A stretch of DNA of 64,000 bases from the NCBI GenBank assembly GCA_964016885.1, contig OZ024743.1, positions 365,366,001 through 365,430,000 of the forward strand, read 5' to 3'. Numbering within the stretch: position 1 is the first letter of the stretch; each line of letters starts with the position of its first letter. This stretch comes from Eledone cirrhosa (lineage: Eukaryota). Positions 53,225-64,000 of this stretch are shown piece by piece. The position numbers were made by a program, and so were the translations under genes. The notes below the pieces were generated by a model. The model made no database searches. It was not told the DNA's origin and saw only the letters and a list, made by a program, of their open reading frames with translations.

Positions 53225-56200
53225 ATAATAATGTTTTCTTTATTAACCACAAGGGTTCACATAAAGTAGACATTAAGGACAGTACAGGACAATACAGGAC
53301 GGTACAAATGGGCATTTCTGCGTGTAAAAAAACAGAGGTTGAAATAAAATAACAAAGAAAAATTCCCCAATAGGGGGGAGACTTCCAAGGGACATTTGTG
53401 GAGAAAGCCCATTAAAAGACCACAGTGGCCCTGACCACCAGGGCAAGTGCCCTCTCCCAGTTTTCCACCTTTAATTTACAGACACATACTCAGAGAAGGC
53501 CCATTCATTCGGGCCATACTTGCTTCTCTCACCCATCTTTCAACAAAATGCTGGGAAGAGAGCACTTCCCTCTCTACCCTGATTTTCCTTTTCAAATGAA
53601 ATTTGAAAAAGTTAATCAGGGCATCACCGAAGAGGTAAGTGCTCGTCTTCAGCCCTTTCAAACGTGTCCACCATACTATCTCTTTCGCCATGGCCACCAG
53701 ACAGATAAAAACTGCCTGCCCTTCCAGGCTAAAGGAAGGGGGCGGGGCAATCCTCACGATGGACTCAGCTGATAGCTGGATAGGTCCTACACGTGACAGC
53801 AGGTGTTCGATATAAACCCACAAGTCAGCAATGCTCGGACACTGGACGAGTGCGTGCAGGACGGTTTCGTCGCCCTGCGCGCATCTCGGACATGCCCGGC
53901 TGACGGCACCTCCATGCCTGTAGAGTTTATCCCGAACTGGCAAAGCTCCTCGGTAGCACTGCCAGGCCAGGGATTTCTGGAAGTTGTCCATAGGCCCCGG
54001 CCCGAAAGTCCTTCCGAAGAGATTGGCTAGTTGATTTTCGTCGATGCCTAGAGTTTCTCCAAATACGTCGTCGCTCTTCCCCTCCACTAATCCCCTATAG
54101 AACGCCAAGGTGGAGTTTCCACCGATCACATTGCCCGATTGGTCGAGGGCTGTGAGCGCCTGAAGACATTCCAGTCTCCAAGCGCTCCCTCTCGGTCTTC
54201 GCTTGACCCAGGACTGCAGCTCCGTCAAGGAGACGAGCTGGGGAAAAACGTGTCTTGCAAACGGCGACCACACCTGATCACCGTCGAGGAAGAGGTGGAG
54301 ATGTCGTAGCCTGAGCGCGTGTCTGCGCATCATCAGCCACGGCATGCCCAGCCCTCCACGTAGCGGGTGTTGACAGCAGATGGACCGCCTGACCATCGGA
54401 GCGCGTCCCTTCCACAAGAAGCGAAAGAGCAAACGCTCCAACGCAGTCAGGCGGGGCTTAGGACAAGGTACGACGGTCAGGCGGTAGTAGATGACGGATG
54501 CGATGTACGCATTCGCCACCTCCGCTCGACCTTTCAGGGATAGCTTCCTCTCGGCCCATTTCTGGGTGAGAGAAGCCACCCTGCTCGTCACCTCGTCCCA
54601 GTTTTTGTCCGTCTGGAGGTCTGGACCGAACCAGACCCCTAGCAATTTAACCGGTCCGTCCGTCCAGCGCCCGACGACGCTGTTGGACGGCATGGACCTG
54701 CCTCTCCAGGTGCCGAGCTGCAGGCCCACTGACTTTTCCTGGTTGATCATTGCTCCTGTCACCGCTTCGTATTCTCTTAGTGTAGTGCCGATCGCCTCGA
54801 TGTGTTTGGCGTTCGACACCACTACGGTGACATCGTCGGCATATGCTGACACGGATCTTCCGCATCCTAGTTCGCGCGGGACCCCCCTCAACGTCTCCAG
54901 TTTGTGCAGTAATGGCTCGAGAGTCAATACGTACAATAGGGACGAGAGGGGACATCCTTGGCGGACCGAGCGCATGATGTTGAACGGTTCCGAAAGGTGA
55001 CCGTTCACTCTCACTACAGAGCAGATGTCGCTGTGCATGGCAGCGATCCAGCCTCTGAAGACGGGCCCAAAGCCAGCCGCCCTCAGGACTGCCGCTAGGT
55101 AACGATGGTCGACCCTATCGAAGGCTTTCGACTGATCTAAATTGATCAAAGACCCACCCGTGCCAGGTTCCCTAGCTACCCTCTCTACGATGTATCGCAT
55201 GAGGTGGAGGTTGTCGTGGATGGATCTGTCGGGAATGGCGCATGTCTGTGCCTCTCCCACCAGACCACCAACGACAAGCGCCAACCTCTTTGCTAGCACC
55301 TTGGCCAAAATCTTGAACTCTGTGTTTAGCAGAGTTATGGGCCTAAAATTATCTATGTTATCCCCCTTGTTCGGATCCTTTCTCAGCAGCGCCACCGCTC
55401 CTCGGCTCACAGAGCTGGGAATTCTCCCGTTCTGTTGCCAGTTGCAGTAGACGTCCGCCAAGAGGCCTCCGAACAAGTTTGGCATTTGTACGTAAAGTTC
55501 ATAGGGCAGACCATCCAAACCAGGCGATTTACCCCTTGTGCAACTAGTCATTGCAATCCCGTACTTCAGCGGTTGTTATCGGCTTTTCGCAACACTCCGC
55601 CTCAGTGGCCGAAAGCCGCGGCAGTCCGTCGAGGTAGACACTAAAGTCCATCCCTCGATCCGGCCCGCCACTGCCCCCGAACAGTTGAGCGAAGTGTCGC
55701 TGAAAAGCTTCACACATTTGCCCGGGATCGAGTAGCATGCGCCCGTCGTGGTCCACCAAAGACCGGATCGTGGCTTTGTTGCCACGACGCGCCTCCGCCA
55801 CTCGGGCCTATTGAACGGCTTTCGTCCCCTCGTGTCTAAGAGCACGCACCCTAGCTCTGACAACGCAGCCTTCGTGCTTTGCATTGAAGAATTGGTCAAG
55901 GGCCAATTTCGCCGCAAGTACGTCGGTCGCGATGCCTTTGCTAAGCGCCTCGTCTAATTTTCTAACTAATTCTCCCTCTGCTCTATTTTTCTCTATTGCT
56001 AAAGTCTTACTAAACCTAATGGACTCTATTCTAATTGATCTTTTCAGAGCAAACCACCACTTGTTGTTGACGATGGCCCCCGTCAACGCCCGCTTAACTA
56101 GTTCGCTAATCCGGTCTCTGTAGGCATTGCGCGCTGGTAAGGACGCGTTTAGCTTCCAGTAGCCGGGTCCTCGTCTATGAAGCCTATCTAAGTCAAGCAC

Positions 56201-59135
56201 ACAGATCACGAATTTGTGGTCCGTGTAGCTGACTATCTTGAATTGTGGACAGCCTATGCTAGACCTATCTATTTCCCTACAAAATACTCTATCTAGATAT
56301 GATCTGGATGACCCTATGCGATTTGTCCAAGTCCACATTGGTACATTCGGGAAATCCATTCGGTACCTGTCAGACAGTTCAAAACGTCTGAGCAGGTTGG
56401 TGAGACTCTTGCACCCTCCTTCCCTATCCACTAATCCCACACAATCCCAGCGTGCATCTAAGATCCCGTTCCAGTCGCCCACTAACACTAAAGAGCGGGA
56501 CGTTCCAAGAAAGGTCTCCAGACGCCGGAAGAAATCAGGCCGCCCTGCTCCTGTCGGGGCATAGACGGGCACTAACCTGAAAGCTTGCCCGTCTCCGCTG
56601 GTCACGTCCAGCACCACCAACTTACCTTCTGGGTCCAGGAAGATGGCCCGTATGGCAAGATCCAGACCTCTCCGAAAAAGCACAGCAACTCCTCCCCCCG
56701 ATCCCGGACGGCTGGGAGATGCGTACACATCGTAGCCGCCGAAGATCGGTGCGAAAGCCTGTGCTTCGGAGATTCTGGTCTCGCTGATGGCCACTACATC
56801 TATGTTTAGTGACCTGAGGTCGTTGAGCAGGTGGCCCTGCTTCCATGACGACCCCAAGCCACGCGCATTTATGCTGCCTATTCTGAGTGAGATCATGTTG
56901 AAAAGGAGTGGAAAAGATGGGAAAGACCACTTACCTTACTTCTCGTAGGGGAAGGACGGCTTTTCCATCCTTTTCACTGCTTGTGGCCTCCTCAGGAAGG
57001 ATGTCCTTATAAATCCTCCTGGAGAGTGCTTGTCGGAAGTCTCCGATGTCTTTGGGGAATTTTTGTTTTAGTGTCATGTACGTTTTCTGTGTGATGCGAG
57101 TGATTTGTATGTGTGGAGGAGGTGTGAATTTTGGGGTTGTTGTGTAGTCTTTTTCTGTGATGCTGGTGTTGTGTTGGATGTAGTGTAATAATTGCTTGTT
57201 GTTCAAATTTAATGCTGTGTAGTGTGTATCGTTTTGGTTGTTTTGTTTTGTTTGCGTTTGTTGTGGGTTTGTTTCTGTTTCGCATTTTGGTGACTTTTGT
57301 GGTGTAGGTGATGGTGGCGCTGGGGATAATAATGGTGATGGTGTTGGTGTTTGGGTTGATGGGGTTGGTGATGCTGGTGTGGATGGTGGCATATCTGTCC
57401 TAAATTTTTTGTTTCTTAGTTTATTTGTTTCCCTCTGTATTTTGTTTTTGGAGGGGGAAGGAAGAGAATTTTTTCTTTTTTGGTTTATTTTCTTTTTTCC
57501 GGATATCGTTTCCCACTCCTCGTCGTCACAATCTGTCTCCAGTTGTGATAGGCCGGGGAGTGGAAAATCCTCCACAGCCGTTAGTTTTGGTTGTGGTGCA
57601 TGGTGTAGGCGCTGGTGCTAGTTCTGAAGCGTTGGGTGATGGTGGTGTTGGTTTTGCTGGTGGTGGTAGTGGTGTTGGTTTTGCTACTGTTGCTGGGGTT
57701 GTTGCTGTTATAGTTGCTTCTGTTGTTGCTGCTACAGTTGTTGCTGCCATCTCTGCTACTGGTGGTGTTGATGGTTGTGTCACTGGGGTGGGTAGGAGAG
57801 GTGGCCTCAACCTTTTAGCCTGAGGGCAGAAAGCCCTTAGGTGGGTTCCTTCACCACAAACGACACACCTAGGTCTTCTGCCCTCGACAATTACCGTGAG
57901 GTGGCTGCCGTCAGTGAGGTCTATTACCTCTGGGATCTCCTCAATGCTTTTTTGGTCCGCTTGGATCAGGAGCTCCATCCCAGATCCGGACCAGTTTTCC
58001 TGCTTTTCTTTTGCTACTGCTATTATTTTCGTGTTGGCTTTGATGCCGGCGAGGACAGCCGCTATTAGCCAGGGAATTTCGATGGCCGGTGGAACGTGGG
58101 TCACCCTGATCTTTACGAGTCTCTGGCCACAATAGCTTGGGACGAGTGTGAGGTCGTCACTTTTTAATGGGACCATGGAGTGTTCTCTAGCCTCCTCTGG
58201 TGTTTCAAAGAACACATCCACGGTTCCATACTTTTGCCCACGTCTGATGTGGGTTTTTCTTGCCCACACATGTCCCAAAGCTTTTTGGATTTGGGACTCG
58301 GATGCCCGTTCCACTCGGCGCGATTTTACATTTATTGTTCTATACGACACGGTGCACAGGCGCCGATGCTCCATTTTATTAGGTGGGGGGGGGGGGGGGT
58401 GAGGCTGACCCTGTACCCATCTTTCTTTACCATTTGTTTGGCATTTTCTAAATCTTCTTGAGTTACCGTGAACGCTTCGAATTGTTTTGCTACGATGGCG
58501 AAACTGAGGGTCGGTTTTATAATGTCATTGTTGTTGTTGTTGCTATCGTTATTTGTGTTAATCTTAATTTTTGTTTTAGTTGTGGTGGTGGTGACGTCAT
58601 TCGTCTTTGGTGCGGAAGAGTCCATTTTGCTTGATTTCATTTCGACATCACGAGTTAATTTATTTTTTTCTTCTTTTGTTTCTGTTGTCGCGGTGGTGGT
58701 GGGGGTGGTGGTTGTCGCGGTGGTGGTGGTGGTGGAGGCTTTAACACCTGCAGTCATTGGTAATGGCGGGAAATGAATGTCTGCCTGAGACAAATTAAAA
58801 TATTGCTACTGCTTATATTTTTTTTTGTGTTGGCAAACGTAGTAACATTTACAATGGTGGTGTCGGTGTGAGGTGTTATTTTGTGAGGAAGGCTTTCAGC
58901 TGCTTCGTGCAGAGGGGAATTAGCCATTTTTTTTCAAAGAAATTTTTGGATAATAATAAAAGTTAAAATTTTGGGCACAAGGCCCCAATCTTTTTGGGTG
59001 TCCTTTTCGGAAAACAATGTATGTGTGCTTATAAACAGTTAACAATAAAATTTTCCATAAATGGCAATTTTTAACAAACGGAAATAACAAACCTTTGCGG
59101 AGCTCACGATGATACGATTTACTACGTAGGTCGCC
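53225..59135 (-). mobile_element. full-length Tx1/L1-clade LINE, copy 2, with (ATT)n tail
   Basis: ORF1 pieces 56931-58927 (CVVCGEGTHLRAFC); ORF2 53476-56896; AATAAA followed by (ATT)n at 53210-53244. Confidence 0.93.
53476..56896 (-). pseudogene. Tx1-like ORF2 (APE endonuclease, RT, C-terminal CCHC) with one TAG (55808-55810) and one frameshift (about 55550)
   Basis: SINARGL, ISETR, GDWN, SYLDR, TDH; KSPGLDG, FRPITLLN, DQSKAFDRV, VRQGCPLS, AYADD, CPRC..ETVLHALVQC. Confidence 0.92.

Positions 59136-59194
<59 letters not shown>
59136..59194. repeat. (AAT)n microsatellite, insertion site of the Dong-like element
   Basis: About 19 AAT units; the tract resumes at 63148-63162. Confidence 0.95.
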
Positions 59195-59196
<2 letters not shown>

Positions 59197-62100
59197 CCCC
59201 GTGACCAAGAAATACCGGGATGGCGGCCGGCGGGGAATAGCCATGTCTCTAGGGGAGAACGACCCCTCTAGTCTTGGTTGACACTCGTTCTAGAAGTGGT
59301 AACACGAAATGATTACCCCTTGGCGGATAAGGATAAAACGCGACAAAATAAAGTAAATGTCTAATGATAAAATCTCATACCGGATCGGCCGTCACCCGGG
59401 TAAAAAAGGGCCGCGTCCCTCAGAGAGGAACCAGACTGGGGTCGAAAAATCAGCTAATGGTTCAAACCTTCCCATCACTTCGGAGCTGGAGACCTCCCAT
59501 AACCGGAATACTCCTACTGTTGGCCCTCCATGCTCACCACCAAGAAATCCAAAGAAAAAGAGAGAAAAATGGTCAAGGGAAGATAATAAAGAAGTCCTTG
59601 AGGCTTTCTACACTGCCATGTACTACCCATCAAATACATCGAATACAGAACAAACATATATCAACTGGAAAAAGAAACATCCCGAAAACAGAGGCTATAT
59701 TGACAGTAACAAACTAGCCAATATACGAAGAAATATTGTAAGAAAAAAGTTACTAACTGATATAGAAATTGATCAGATCAAGCTAGTAGCACAAAGTCAG
59801 CGAAGGGAAAATGAAGCATGTGTCAGTGAAAACGAGGTAAACTGTAACACTTCGAATCCCAGGGTTGGGGCGGAATCACTGCCAACAGAACAAATTAAAG
59901 AAAGGAGCGAAAAAGTGGAGGGAGTGCATGCTCAGGATGAAACTCCAAATGAAAATAATGAGATCGTAAATGATAAAGAAATGAATGAGAATGAACTTGC
60001 CAACTTGAAGGATGAAATTATGATCGAATGGATGAAAATGAAAGAATCTGACATGGGGCAAAGAGACACCCTCCCTAAGATCCAGAACTCCAAACAGAAC
60101 CAAAAGATAATACACAAGACTAACATAATTCTCAAAAACATTATCATCACAAACAAACTAAACATTACTGACTTAAATCATCTCTATTATGCATCGGCTA
60201 AAGTCACCACTCACTTATGTGGAGTGAAGATGAAAAAACAAAGGAATTCCCACAAGAAATCTACTTGGCAAGATAACATCAATCGCCAAATAAACCTTCT
60301 CCGATCTGACATAGAAATTTTAACAAACTATAAAGTAGGTGAACATGTTAAACAAACTAAACTTAGAAAATTGAAAAAAAAGTACAGTATAAGATCAACA
60401 TGTGACATAGACATGCTGATAGAAACAATCAAGCAAAAAGTGTCGGCCAAAGCTGCTCGTATAAGGCGCTTTGAAAAACGATCTAGATTCTATAAGGACA
60501 ATAATATGTTCAAAAACAACCAAAGAAACTTCTACAGAAAAATTGGTAAGTCAACAATAACTGCTAAATCAATACCACCCAAGGAGGAAGTGCAAGAATT
60601 CTGGGAAAAGATCTGGGCCGAAAAAAAAGTTCATAACATACATGCCCCATGGATAGACAGACAAATGAAAGAAACTGCTCACCTTGAAGAACAAACATGG
60701 GAAAATATAACAGTTGAACAGCTGCGCTTGGCTCTAAGAAAAACCAGCAAATGGAAATCCCCAGGAAAAGACAAAATACAAAACTTTTGGATAAATGCCT
60801 TCACAGAGTCTCATGAGCTGTTAGCCCAACTTTACAATGAAATAGTTAAGGAGCCAGAAAAGATACCATCATGGCTAGTTAACGGCATTACATTCCTGCT
60901 ACCGAAGAATGATGAGACAAACAATCCCAAAAATTACAGACCGATAACCTGCTTGACCACAATGTATAAAATTTTAACATCAGTCCTAACTGAATACACA
61001 TATGACCACCTGATAACAAATGACCTATTTCCCATTGAGCAGAAAGGGTGTAAACGAGGCTCATATGGCTGTAAGGATCAGCTTCTGGTTAACAAAATGA
61101 TACTGGAAGATTGTCATAATAGACACAAAAATCTATCGATTGCTTGGATAGATTATAAAAAAGCATTCGATAGTTTGCCACACAGTTGGATTGAAAAATG
61201 TTTAGAGATTTTCAAAATATCCCCCGTTGTCAGGAGGTTTTTGTCATTCAGTATGAGGACATGGAGACCGACACTCCTTTTGAATAGTGAAACAAAATCA
61301 CTGGAAGCTGGAGAAGTTAACATTAATTGTGGAATTTTTCAGGGTGACTCTTTATCACCGCTTTTATTCTGCATCGCACTTATACCATTAAGTAAAATGC
61401 TCAATGAAACAAAACATGGATATAGAGTCTATGACAAAACCATTAATCACCTGTTCTACATGGATGACCTGAAACTATTTGCAAAAAAAGATGAACAATT
61501 GCAAGGGCTATTATCCACTGTGAAGCAGTTCAGTGATGACATTAAAATGGAGTTTGGACTGGATAAATGCGCCAAAGCAACGTTCACCAGAGGAAAGCTG
61601 CTGAAGAGTTCAGACATTAATCTTGATCGGGGGAACGTGATAAGAGAGCTTGATCAAGAAAAAACTTACAAATATTTAGGTGTTTGTGAAGGAGACGGAA
61701 TCAAGCACTCGACAATGAGGGAAAGGATAAGGAAGGAATGTTACCGCAGAGTCAGAGCAATCTTAAGAACGGAATTGAATGCAAGGAATAGGATCGATGC
61801 CATAAACACGCTTGCCATACCAGTAGTAACCTACAGTTACAATGTCATCAACTGGTCAAGCACAGAGATCCGTAGGCTCGATACAAAAATCCGAAAATTC
61901 TTAACCATGCACAGAATGCATCACCCTAATGCAGACATAGATAGAATAAATCTCCCTAGGAAAGAAGGAGGACGTGGGTTAATCCAGTTAGACATTGCGT
62001 TGAAAACTGCAACAATTGGATTATCCACATATCTAAGGGAATCACATGATTGAATGATCAAACTCGTTTTGAAACACGAAAGCACCAAAAGATCATATTC

Positions 62101-63147
62101 CATTACAAAAGATGCACAAAGATACAGTAATGGACTACAAATTTCAGAAGTCTCATTTACTGCTGAAATGGAAAACACAGAAAAAGCAAAGCAGGTAAAA
62201 GTAACTGCAAAGAAAGAACTGCTACAGAAACTGGCTAAGAAATGGCAAGAAAAGCCTCTGTATGGAAAATACCCAGAGCGAGCTAACAATCCTGATGTTG
62301 ACAAAACTTTAACCCATCAGTGGTTGGCATCCTCTGGACTGAAATCGGAGACTGAAGGACTGATTATATCGGCACAAGATCAGTGTCTGCCAACAAAAAA
62401 TTACCAAGCCAACATAATAAAAAATGGGTGCAGCCCATTATGCCGTGTATGCAAAAAACAACCAGAGACCATTGACCATATAATTTCAATGTGCAGTCCT
62501 ATAGCTCCAACCGAATACCTAAACAGGCATGACAGAGCTGCACAATACATACATTGGATAATGTGTAAGCATTTTGACCTGCCCCATCAAAAGAATTGGT
62601 GGGAGCATCAACCACCTCCCATACTTGAAAAAGATCACATCTCAATCTTGTGGAACTTTAGCATCCAAACAGACCGAAAAATAGATGCAAATAGACCTGA
62701 TATAATATTGAAGGACTTTCAAAGGAGGGTATGCCTGCTAATTGATATGTCTGTTCCAATAGACAAGAATGTATCTATAAAAACATTTGAAAAATTGAGC
62801 AAGTATAAGGACCTGGAGATAGAAATTGGAAAAATGTGGAAATTGAGAACTAAAACAATACCAGTGGTTGTAGGCGCTCTGAGAATGATACCTAAGGGGT
62901 CTAACGACTACTTATCGCAAATCCCAGGTAACCCGCGTATAGGAGAAATACAAAAGATAGTACTAATGGGAACTGCCCATATACTAAGGAAGATCCTGTC
63001 AATATAAGTACATCACAAGTCTAAACACTAAGGATGCATGTGTGAATATGTATGTTCTTTCTTGAACATGGCGGACCTTGTTGTCTCTTGAGGTCACTGG
63101 TTGTGACTTGGTGATAACTCGTATAAACATAAAGCAAGATAAATGCA
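59195..63147 (+). mobile_element. full-length R4/Dong-clade non-LTR retrotransposon inserted in (AAT)n
   Basis: Single long ORF, structured 5' UTR, short 3' UTR, AAT repeats on both sides. Confidence 0.93.
59357..63007 (+). pseudogene. R4/Dong ORF (N-terminal domain, RT, CCHC, PD-(D/E)xK endonuclease) with one in-frame TGA (62051-62053)
   Basis: WKSPGKD, NYRPITCL, WIDYKKAFDS, GIFQGDSLSP, HLFYMDDLKL, CRVC..ETIDHIISMC, RHD, NRPDII, LIDMSVP, KLSKYKDL. Confidence 0.93.
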
Positions 63148-63162
63148 AATAATAATAATAAT

Positions 63163-64000
63163 GATTTCTTTATTAACCACAAGGGTTTACATAAAGTAGA
63201 CATTAAGGACAGTGCAGGACAATACAGGACGGTACAAATGGGCATTTCTGCGTGTAAAAAACAAAAACAGAGGATGTAACAAAAAATAACAATGAAAAAT
63301 TTCCCCAATATGGGGGGAGACTTCGGAGGGACATTTGTGGAGTAAGCACAGAAAAAGGCCACAATGACCCTGACCACCAAGGCAAGTGCCCTCTCCCAGT
63401 TTTCCACCTTTAATTTACAGATATATACTCAGAGTAGGCCCATTCACTCGGGCCATTCTTGCTTCTCTCACCCATCTTTCAACAACATGCTGGGAAGAGA
63501 GCACTTCCCTCTCTACTCTGATTTTCCTTTTCAAATGAAATTTGAAAATGTCAATCAGAGTATCACCGAAGAGGTAAGTGCTCGTCTTCAGCCCTTTCAA
63601 ACGTGTCCACCATACTATCTCTTTCGCCATGGCCACCAGACAGATAAAAACTGCCTGCCCTTCCCGGCTAAAGGAGGAGAGCGGGCCAATCCTCACGATG
63701 GACTCAGATGATAGCCGGATCCGTCTTAAACGCGACAGCAGGTGTTCGACATAAACCCACAAGTCAGCAATTTTCGGACACTGGACGAGTGCGTGCAGGA
63801 CGGTTTCGTCGCCCTGCGCGCATCTCGGACATGCACCTCCATGCCTGTAGAGTTTATCCCGAACTGGCAAGGCTCCTCGGTAGCACTGCCAGGCCAGAGA
63901 TTTCTGGAAGTTGTCCATAGGCCCTGGCCCGAAAGTTCTTCCGAAGAGATTGGCTAGTTGATTTTCGTCGACGCCTAGAGTTTCCCCAAGTACGTCGTCG
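63163..64000 (-). mobile_element. 3' end of Tx1/L1-clade LINE, copy 3 (continues beyond the window)
   Basis: Highly similar to 53232-54070; MDNFQKSLAWQCYRGALPVRD..CPRC; AATAAA then (ATT)n. Confidence 0.93.

Noticed and set aside
58380-58400. Programmed frameshift in Tx1 ORF1
   Set aside because: The break falls in a long G homopolymer; slippage or sequencing error is more parsimonious
47563-58776. Plus-strand ORFs over the Tx1-like array
   Set aside because: Antisense shadows of GC-richer LINE coding sequence
62051-62053. Selenocysteine codon in the Dong ORF
   Set aside because: The context is not Cys-like and no SECIS was recognised in the short 3' UTR

Overview
AT-rich, microsatellite-dense eukaryotic DNA with no recognisable host gene. 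The repeat families resemble those of Octopus or other coleoid cephalopods (inference). The window is almost entirely mobile elements: a near-intact Neptune-type Penelope-like element (PLE) with an inverted 5' pLTR, two decayed PLEs, three R4/Dong-type restriction-like-endonuclease LINEs sitting in (AAT)n or (ACAT)n tracts, a head-to-tail array of three Tx1/L1-type LINEs, fragments of RTE, CRE, Gypsy, mariner and Tc1 elements, tRNA-derived SINEs, and a 5.1-kb array of a 36-bp minisatellite. Three things not visible in the ORF track stand out. (1) About a dozen type-I hammerhead ribozyme motifs, including U3-A8 core variants. (2) Many short fold-back insertions in (TA)n tracts that look like miniature PLE pLTR insertions, several carrying these hammerheads. 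(3) A covarying, pseudoknot-rich 5' RNA motif shared by the full-length Dong-like LINE and a non-autonomous (ATGT)n-tailed element. All structures were read by eye and coordinates may be off by a few bases.
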